NCBI GenBank assembly: GCA_963849325.1
Contig: CAWKHF010000005.1
Span: 736,001 to 800,000, forward strand
Length of the DNA: 64,000 nucleotides
Reading direction: 5' to 3'
Source of the DNA: an uncultured Planctomycetota bacterium
GTDB taxonomy: Bacteria > Planctomycetota > Planctomycetia > Gemmatales > Gemmataceae
Shown here: in pieces, positions 56,773-64,000 of the stretch
Numbering within the stretch: the first letter of the stretch is position 1
Layout: every line of letters begins with the position of its first letter
Program-made: the position numbers and the translations under genes
The notes under the pieces: generated by a model
The model's database searches: none
Told to the model about the DNA's origin: nothing
The model's input: only the letters and a program-made list of their open reading frames with translations

Positions 56773-56927
56773 GAATTTTTGGTCTTTTTCCGTGTTTTCC
56801 GTGTTTTCCGTGGTGAATGGTTTTTCCTCGAAGCGGGGCGTCCTTGAAACCGTGGTGCCGTCGTGTCATACTGCCATAAGATGGTCTTAGCTCCAGGATG
56901 CGACGACCCTTTAACTCCGGCGTAACC

Positions 56928-58947
56928 ATGTCCGCAGGCACGACAGCGTATCTCGTGGTCCGTCGCGACGATGGCTTCGGGGACGTGTTCCCGCTCGTCG
57001 CCGGCCAGACCTACACCATGGGCCGGGCCACGACCAACCGCATCGTCCTCAAAGACGACCTGTGCAGCCGCGAACACGCCGAGGTCAGCTACAGTGGCGG
57101 CCGTTGGCGCGTCCGCGACCTCAACAGCCTCAACGGCACGCGCGTCAACAACGTCCGCCTCGACGGCGAATGGGAGCTGACGCCGCACGACGACGTGTAC
57201 CTGGGCCGCACCCATCTGCTGTTCGTCGAGGACATGAACCAGCTGCCGGACGTGCCGCACGACAAGACGAGGAGCCGGAAGCGGAAGGCGTGTCCATCCG
57301 CAAACGCCTGGGGCAGACGCGCTTTCTGACGCCGCAGCCGCCGATCGAGGCGGCGTCCGACAGCGACACCACGGCCGGTCCCATGTCGCGGCACGCGCTC
57401 AGCCGCGACTTGTCGCTGCTGTATCGGCTGGCCCTGGACATGGGTTCGGCCGGCAGCTACGAGGAGCTGTGCCGCATCGTCCTGGACGCTCTGCTGGAGG
57501 CGATCCCCGCCGAGGTCGGCGCCATCCTGTCGGTGGCCCGCGATGGTGACGGCGGCCGTGGTGGTCCGCCGGCCGGCGTCCGCGTCAGTCCCGCCGACGC
57601 CGGCAAGTCGCTGCGCGGCCTGGAGCTGGAGGTGACCGCCCATCGTCACCGCGACCCCAGCCTGCACGACTACCAGCGCGTCTCCGAGTACGTCAGCAAC
57701 GAGGTGCTGGCCAGCCGCGAGGCCATCCTCGCCGAGGACGTGGCCCGCGATCGCTACCTGCGCAACCGCGAAAGCCTCAACGACATGGGGGCCACCAGCC
57801 TCATCTGCGCTCCCATTGTCTTCGGCGACCGCGTGCTCGGGCTGATCCACCTGTACTGCACCGACCCGCACAAGGCGCTGGACGCCGAGGACCTGGAGTT
57901 CGCCGTCGCCGTCGCCAAGCAGCTGGGCGGCGTCATCCAGCAAATGCAGCGGCAGGTGTCGCTTGACCGCCGAGAACCGCTCGCTGCGCGAGCAGCTGCA
58001 CGTCGAGAGCGAGCTGATCGGCGAAAGCACGGTGATGAAGGAGATCGAGCAGCAGATCGCCCGCGTCGCCGGCACCAACGCCACCTGTCTGATTCGCGGC
58101 GAAAGCGGCTCCGGCAAGGAGCTGGTCGCCCGCGCCATCCACTACTCCAGCCCGCGCAAGGACGGGCCGTTCGTCTGCCTCAACTGCGCCGCGCTGACCG
58201 AGACGCTGCTGGAGAGCGAGCTGTTCGGCCACGAGAAAGGCTCGTTCACCGGGGCGACGGAGAAGAAGGTCGGCAAGTTCGAGGCCGCCAACCACGGCAC
58301 GATCTTCCTCGACGAGATCGGCGAGATGAACGTCGGCACGCAGGCCAAGCTGCTGCGCATCCTCGAAGGCCACCCCTTCGAGCGTGTCGGCGGCAGCGTG
58401 CCGATCCGCGTGGACGTGCGCGTGGTGTCGGCGACGAATCAGCCGCTGGAGCAGGCCATCCAGGAGGGCCGTTTCCGCCGCGATCTGTTCTTCCGCCTGC
58501 AGGTGGTCGAGATCCGCGTGCCGCCGCTGCGCGAGCGCAAGAGCGACGTGCCGATCCTGGCCGAGCATTTCCTGCGTCGCTTCGTCCGCGAGACCGGCCG
58601 CAAGATCCGCGGCTTCACGCCGGCGGCGCTGCGGAAGATGGAGGAGTACAACTGGCCCGGCAACGTCCGCGAGCTGCGCAACGTCGTCGAGCGCGCCGTC
58701 GCCCTGGGCACGGGGCCGCTGCTGGACGTCAATGACATCTGGCTGTCATCGCTGGAAATCAGCGGCTTGGCGCCGCCGAGCGCGCGAGGCGGTCTATCGG
58801 CCGGTGTCGCTGGAAGAAGTCGAGAAGGAGCACATCCTGAAGACGTTGACCTACACCGACTGGAACAAGAGCCAGGCGGCCACCATCCTCAACATCGAGC
58901 GCTCGACGCTGGATCGCAAGATCAAGAGCCACGGACTGAAGCGCTAA
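56928..58947 (+). CDS. FHA-GAF-sigma54 activator (NtrC/Fis family; frameshifts near 57270, 57965 and 58790)
   Basis: FHA GR..N...[51 protein letters not shown]-terminal HTH. Confidence 0.9.
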
Positions 58948-59023
58948 GCCGCAAGCGGCGCAGACAGCCCGCGCGCGGCATGGTATCCTGTCGCGCCGAG
59001 GAGAGTTGTTTCAGGAGGTCGCC

Positions 59024-59606
59024 ATGGATTGGCTGCTGATCGCCACGGGCTTCACCGGAGCATTGACCCTGATCTACCTGCTACGGACGGCGTACCACGC
59101 CTGGTACACGCCGCCGTCGCTGGAGGCGCACTTCTCGCCCAAGGGCGGCTGCACCGACGCCATCGTCCGCGAGTTGCAGCACGCCCGGCACGAGGTGCTC
59201 GTGCTGGCGTATTCGTTCACGTCGAAGGCCATCGCCCAGGCGCTGGTCGATGCCAAGCTTCGCGGCGTCCATGTCGAGATCGTGCTCGACCACAGTAGCG
59301 AGCACGAAGTTTACTCGGACCTGCACTTCTTCCTGGAGCAGGGCTTGGCGCCGCTGATCGACCCGCACCACGCCATCGCACACAACAAGGTCATGATTCT
59401 CGACAACCGCACATTGCTGACCGGCAGCTTCAACTTCACGCAGCACGCCGAGAACGAGAACGCCGAGAACCTGCTGGTCATCAAGGGCCATCCCGAACTG
59501 GTGCGGACGTACAAGGACAACTTCCACGCGCACAAGTCTCACGCCGCGCCCGCCCGAGGTCAAGGTCGCGCCTGCCGCGGCCGGCGCCGGCAAACGCGCG
59601 GCGTGA
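59024..59606 (+). CDS. Single-HKD phospholipase D / Nuc-like nuclease with N-terminal TM (frameshift near 59555)
   Basis: [27 protein letters not shown]...NAEN. Confidence 0.85.
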
Positions 59607-59612
59607 GCAATC

Positions 59613-59671
59613 GGTTAGCCGCGACGCGCAGCGGAGCGCGTCGCGCGCTCCGCTGCGCGTCGCGGCTAAAC
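59613..59671. repeat. REP-like palindrome, family A
   Basis: Inverted arms between convergent genes. Confidence 0.9.
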
Positions 59672-59674
59672 AAC

Positions 59675-59953
59675 TCACCCTTTTCGGGGCAGGGAACATT
59701 CCGGCCGCGCCTCGTGGATGGCTCGCAGCTCGCGGAGATGGTCTTCGATCGTCGCCAACCGCTGCGCCGCGGCAAGGCCATCGTAATGGCGCCCCAGCAG
59801 AACGTGCAACTGCCGTTCGAGGCGCTCCTGACGCTGGCGCAGCTCGGTCAGTTCCGCGTGGACCTGGACGAGCAGGATGCGCGTGGCCAGGCGGCGCAGC
59901 CAGCGCACCAGGCGGCGTCCGCTCCGCACCAGGGTGTATTCCGGGTTTGTCAT
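59675..59953 (-). CDS. Small coiled-coil hypothetical protein
   Basis: AAGGAG RBS after the GT stop; heptad pattern. Confidence 0.55.
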   Translation of the reverse strand: MTNPEYTLVRSGRRLVRWLRRLATRILLVQVHAELTELRQRQERLERQLHVLLGRHYDGLAAAQRLATIEDHLRELRAIHEARPECSLPRKG

Positions 59954-59964
59954 GCCTGTCTCCT

Positions 59965-61239
59965 TCAGGCCGCCAGCCATTCCTCGATCATCACTTGCGT
60001 CAACTTCTCGCCGAGCAGCGCCAGGTGATAAACCTGCGCCGCGTCGCCGGCCGCCGACCGATGCTGCCGCGCCGCCCCGCTCAGGGCACGCTCGATGCGC
60101 GGCAGCACCCGGCGGATGTGGAAATCCCTCCAGACGACGTCGGCAACGCGCCGGCCGATGGGGGCCAACTCGATACGGCCGTCGAGGATGTCGCCCAGGA
60201 CGTCGGCCAGCGCCGCGGCGCTGCGCTCGATCTTCCAGCAGTGGACGGCATGCACCAGCCATTCGCCGTTGCCGCAGTTATTCGTGAGGACCGGAACGCA
60301 TCCCGCCGCCGCCGCCTCCAGCGGGGCGAAGGCGCACGGCTCGCGCTCCCAGGTCGGAAAGGCAAAGACGTCGTAATCCCGGTACAGCGTCGCCAGCTCG
60401 CGCTGATCGCGCAATCCCTGGAGGCGGACGCAAGCGCCAAGGTCGTGCCGCTGGAGGAGGGATGGGTAGGTATCATCCATCACCTTGCCGTAGAGGTCGA
60501 GGACGAAGTTCGTTCGGCCGCGCCGGCGCAGCCGATGCGCGGCCTCGATTAGTAGGTCGGTCCCCTTGGGTGGACAGAGATGGCCCGCCGCCGACGCCAC
60601 GCGCAAGACGCCGCCCTCGAAGAAGCGTGTCCGCGGCGGCGGCTCGACGCCCTCGACCCAGTTGGGCACCAGTTCGACGGTCCCATTTAAGAGATTATCG
60701 GGATCGTCAATTTCCTCGACGACACGCCGGCTGCACGCCAGATAGACGCCCTCCAGGTGGGGCCGCACGATGGCGGCCAGCGGCGTCCGCGCCGCCGCGA
60801 GCGGCAGCCGGCACAGGTCGCGCGGCGTTTGGTCCATGAGGTGCCACACCCACGGCACGCCGAGATGTTGCAGACAGGCCATCAAACCGAGACCGCCCAG
60901 GCCGACGAGGTTCCAGACGTAGACCACGTCCGGCCGGAAGGAATCGAGCGTCTGAAGCAGGGCGTGGACGTTGAAGGCGTTGACGAAGCAGGCGGCGGCG
61001 TGGCGCAATCCCAGCGTGACAACGTGGTGCTTGCCCTGCAAGTAGGGGTTATAGACATCGGTCAGTTGCAGCGCTCGCCGAACGTGCGGCTCGGGGGGCA
61101 CCGGCAAGCGCGGCGCCGACGTCAGGACGAGTACGTCATGTCCGACAGCGGCCAGTGCGTCTACCGCCTGCCGGCAGCCGAGTTCGTAACCGCCGAAGAA
61201 GTCCGGCGGATAGAGATTGCTGAGGACAAGAATCCTCAT
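59965..61239 (-). CDS. Glycosyltransferase family 4
   Basis: MRILVLSNLYPP...GGYE, KG.D.LIEA, DVF.FP...EP....LEA.A.G. Confidence 0.9.
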   Translation of the reverse strand: MRILVLSNLYPPDFFGGYELGCRQAVDALAAVGHDVLVLTSAPRLPVPPEPHVRRALQLTDVYNPYLQGKHHVVTLGLRHAAACFVNAFNVHALLQTLDSFRPDVVYVWNLVGLGGLGLMACLQHLGVPWVWHLMDQTPRDLCRLPLAAARTPLAAIVRPHLEGVYLACSRRVVEEIDDPDNLLNGTVELVPNWVEGVEPPPRTRFFEGGVLRVASAAGHLCPPKGTDLLIEAAHRLRRRGRTNFVLDLYGKVMDDTYPSLLQRHDLGACVRLQGLRDQRELATLYRDYDVFAFPTWEREPCAFAPLEAAAAGCVPVLTNNCGNGEWLVHAVHCWKIERSAAALADVLGDILDGRIELAPIGRRVADVVWRDFHIRRVLPRIERALSGAARQHRSAAGDAAQVYHLALLGEKLTQVMIEEWLAA

Positions 61240-61757
61240 GCGGCTTCCTCCGCCGCGCCGGACAGACGCTGGTAGAGGCGCGCCAACCGCAGGCCGTCCT
61301 CCGCTGGATCGCCCAGTTCGACGACGCAGTCCGCCAGGGACAGAAAATCGACGGACTCGCCCAGTCGGCTGCCCGAGCCGCCGTGCGTGCTGAGGCATAC
61401 GGGCTTGCGATGCAGCTTGGCGAGCAGCAGGCCCATCTCGCCGGTGCGCGTGTTGGCCTGGTGGATGTGTACCACGTCCGCCTGTGCCAGCACGAGCGGC
61501 AGGTCCCACGACAGCACGTCGAGCGGATGGCCGTCGCGGTAGGCGATCGGCAGGACGCGCAGCCGCACGCCAGGGGCCAGGTCATGCTCGCGTCCAGCGG
61601 GACCGAAGGCGATCAATTCGACCGCACACGTTCGTCCGCTCTCCTCGACGACACGGCGCGCGAGGTCCAGCAGCAGCCCCATGTCCGCCCCCCGCGCCGA
61701 GCGGTCATCCACGTAGAGGGGCGATAGGTATGCGACGGTCGTGCTCATGGCCGACAT
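61236..61757 (-). CDS. Short glycosyltransferase-like protein (N-terminal GT-B domain only)
   Basis: VAYLSPLY, ADVVHIHQ, KPV.LS.HGG; ATGA overlap with the GT4 gene. Confidence 0.55.
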   Translation of the reverse strand: MSAMSTTVAYLSPLYVDDRSARGADMGLLLDLARRVVEESGRTCAVELIAFGPAGREHDLAPGVRLRVLPIAYRDGHPLDVLSWDLPLVLAQADVVHIHQANTRTGEMGLLLAKLHRKPVCLSTHGGSGSRLGESVDFLSLADCVVELGDPAEDGLRLARLYQRLSGAAEEAA

Positions 61758-61910
61758 CCTTGCTCGTCGAACGAACGTCCGAGGTTGGCAAGATAGTATG
61801 GCGTCGGCGGCTTTTGCTGTCCAGGGTAAAGAGGGGACAAACGCCGAGCGCGAAAAGGCGGAATGCTCTTGCGGGACGCCGGCGCGCTCCGATAGAATCG
61901 GGCTAATCGC

Positions 61911-61981
61911 GCGGGATTGGCATATCGGCTGTGCACAGCCTTCCCAAGGCTGCTAGACGGGTTCGACTCCCGTATCCCGCT
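61911..61981 (+). tRNA. tRNA-Gly (CCC), CCA not encoded
   Basis: Acceptor GCGGGAT/ATCCCGC, anticodon arm CAGCC-TTCCCAA-GGCTG, T arm ACGGG-TTCGACT-CCCGT; upstream TTGCGG-18-TAGAAT. Confidence 0.92.
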
Positions 61982-62020
61982 CTCCCCTTTCTGTCGCAAT
62001 CTTGCTCAATCGCAATCCTC

Positions 62021-62078
62021 GTTTAGCCGCGACGCGCAGCGGAGCGCGGAAATTCCGCGCTCCGCTGCGCGGCTAAAC
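62021..62078. repeat. REP-like palindrome, family A (right arm short)
   Basis: Contains the UDG stop codon. Confidence 0.85.
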
Positions 62079-62753
62079 GAGGAAGCGGCGAGCGCGGGCG
62101 AAGATGTCGTCGAGCATGGACTCCGTGAGTCGGCCGGTGAAGGTGTTTTGCTGGCTGGGGTGATAACAGCCGAGCAGCGTCCACGGGCCAATCACCGCCT
62201 CGGCGCCATGGCCGAAGCGCGGCCGGGGACGCACCGTCTCGCCGAGGACCGACAGGGCGCGGAGAAAGCCGTCCCAGGCGAAGCCTCCCAGGCAGACGAT
62301 ACAGCGCAGACGGCGCAGCAGGCGCAGCTCGCGGACCAGGAAAGGCTGGCAGTTGTCGCGCTCCGCCGGCGTGGGGCGGTTGTCGGGAGGACAGCAGTGG
62401 ACGCAGGCGGTGATGTAGCAGTCGGTCAGACGCAGGCCATCGCCGCGATGGGTGGAAGTGGGTTGGTTGGCGAAGCCGGCGCGGTGCAGGGCGGCGAACA
62501 GCCAATCGCCGGAGCGATCGCCGGTGAAGACGCGGCCGGTGCGATTGCCGCCGTGCGCCGCCGGGGCCAGGCCACAGATGAGGAGACGGGCTTGCCCATC
62601 GCCGAAGCTCGGCACGGGCCGGCCCCAGTAGGTCTCCGCACGGAAGGCGGCACGCTTTTCGCACGCCACTTGCTCACGCCAACGCACCAGGCGCGGACAG
62701 GCGCGGCAGGCGACGATCTCGGCCTGCACTTGCCCCAGGCCCCTCCGCGGCAT
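62073..62753 (-). CDS. Uracil-DNA glycosylase, family 5 (UdgB-like)
   Basis: [36 protein letters not shown]. Confidence 0.9.
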   Translation of the reverse strand: MPRRGLGQVQAEIVACRACPRLVRWREQVACEKRAAFRAETYWGRPVPSFGDGQARLLICGLAPAAHGGNRTGRVFTGDRSGDWLFAALHRAGFANQPTSTHRGDGLRLTDCYITACVHCCPPDNRPTPAERDNCQPFLVRELRLLRRLRCIVCLGGFAWDGFLRALSVLGETVRPRPRFGHGAEAVIGPWTLLGCYHPSQQNTFTGRLTESMLDDIFARARRFLV

Positions 62754-62819
62754 CGTGCGTCTCCGAGACCCACAGCGCCGGCGCGGCCCATCCGCGCCGG
62801 TCTCCCGGGCCTCTTCATG

Positions 62820-63077
62820 TTATGGGGCCGGCACCGGCGGCGGCAACGGCACCCCTCCGCCGCCGCCCGGCACGGCGGCGGCCGCCGCCGCTTCCTGAGA
62901 CGCCAGCTCCCGCGGCAGGGGGAAGGGTGGCGAAGGAGGGATATACTGCGGCGGATGGTTCAGATAGTGGCCCGACCACAAGGTCATGCCCGACGTCCAG
63001 GTCTGGCAGCCGCTTAGCATCAGCAGGGCAAAGCCCAGGCCGGCCACGAGGCTCGGCCGGCGTCGTCTGGTCTTCAT
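62820..63077 (-). CDS. Small planctomycete lipoprotein
   Basis: LSGC lipobox, GMTL.S..YL.H.PQY.P..P.FPL..E; GAGGGAG RBS. Confidence 0.7.
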   Translation of the reverse strand: MKTRRRRPSLVAGLGFALLMLSGCQTWTSGMTLWSGHYLNHPPQYIPPSPPFPLPRELASQEAAAAAAVPGGGGGVPLPPPVPAP

Positions 63078-63311
63078 GGCGAGGATACTCCCTCTGGCGG
63101 GCCGATCGCCCGAATGAAAGGGTGCCGATTCCGAGGCGGCATCTGGACCTTTTTATCGGACGGGAACAAACTCGGAATTTACTGGATTTGCGGAAGAAAT
63201 CGATCAAGATAGACCCGTCGGAACGCACATCGACACGCGGAAGCCAGGCCGGAAGCCAGCCGGGGCGCGGCAAGGTGGTTGCGATTCATTCGGCATCCGA
63301 GGAGAACAGGC

Positions 63312-64000
63312 GTGTCCAACACTCGATCGCTTCGTGACGGCGCGTCGCTGCCATTGATTTTACGCTGGGGCGAGTCGAACCAACCGCTACCGTGGCGCGC
63401 CGTGCGTCTGCCGCCGCGAGCGCGACGGCAGACGACGGGCCTGGAAGCACCGCCCTGGCTGTCCACCGGGCCGGCCGAGCAACCGTTCGATTTCTGCGGC
63501 CACGTTCGCGCCCTGTGCGCCGACATCATCCACCACTGCCCGGAGCTGCGCCACATCGACGTATCGCGGTTGCTGTTCGCCATGACGCAGGCGCGGAGCG
63601 GCCGACGGCACGGCTTGCAGGCGCGCGTCACGCCGCTGCGCTTCCGTCACGGCCGACTGACGCGCCTGCGCCGCGGCGGCGGCTTGTACCAGGTGCAGCG
63701 CTACTTCGTCGCCGGCCGCGAGATGCTCTACCTGGTGACGTTCTGTCTGCCGCGCTTTCTCGATCAGGATTTCGACGACAAGTTCATCACGCTGTTCCAC
63801 GAGTTGTACCACATCAGCCCGAACTTCGAGGGCGACCTGCGCCGCCACGACGGCCGCTGCGCCCTGCACACGCGCAGCAAGCGCCTGTACGATGCCCACA
63901 TGGCCGACCTGGCCCGCGCCTACCTGTCCAACGGCACCGACCGTTCGCTGCACGCCTTTCTGCGGCTGAACTTCGCGCAGTTGCAGCACCGCCACGGCAA
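63312..64000 (+). CDS. Putative metallopeptidase (HExxH), runs off window end; absent from the ORF track
   Basis: GAGGAG RBS plus GTG; open frame with ELRHIDVSR, LPRF.D and TLFHELYHI. Confidence 0.75.
   Translation, partial: MSNTRSLRDGASLPLILRWGESNQPLPWRAVRLPPRARRQTTGLEAPPWLSTGPAEQPFDFCGHVRALCADIIHHCPELRHIDVSRLLFAMTQARSGRRHGLQARVTPLRFRHGRLTRLRRGGGLYQVQRYFVAGREMLYLVTFCLPRFLDQDFDDKFITLFHELYHISPNFEGDLRRHDGRCALHTRSKRLYDAHMADLARAYLSNGTDRSLHAFLRLNFAQLQHRHG

Noticed and set aside
59006-60028. 340-aa PLD ORF
   Set aside because: Frameshift read-through across a repeat into convergent genes; the natural stop is at 59606.
61911-62100. Integrative element at tRNA-Gly
   Set aside because: No integrase and no duplicated tRNA 3' end seen in the window.

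Overview
High-GC bacterial chromosomal segment, most likely a planctomycete of the Gemmataceae type. This is inferred from DUF1501, Planctomycete cytochrome c/WD40, DUF1549-like and DUF1570-like genes, ECF/anti-sigma genes and Ser/Thr kinases. More than 30 apparent single-base frameshifts, including in trpS, purF, pstB, phoB and coaB, point to an unpolished long-read assembly, so split ORFs were joined into single genes. Content: housekeeping genes (purF, smpB, split coaB/coaC, trpS, UDG, tRNA-Gly CCC), an LPS-core-like glycosyltransferase/kinase cluster, a pst/pho locus with a PstC-PstA fusion and TCTTCAT-type Pho boxes interrupted by a low-GC insert, and a MoxR-DUF58-transglutaminase triad. 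Directly downstream of that triad is a TerY-P-like vWA/PP2C/kinase triad whose kinase is a ~1670 aa membrane receptor-like protein, followed by a second (GYF-domain) phosphatase. Most intergenic gaps hold a palindromic repeat (about 30 copies, ~9 families), many supplying stop codons or tails to genes. One is a MITE with a TTA duplication, one is flanked by a 31-bp duplication of a gene end, and there is a solitary attC-like gene cassette. All product calls come from motif recognition by eye; no database searches were run.
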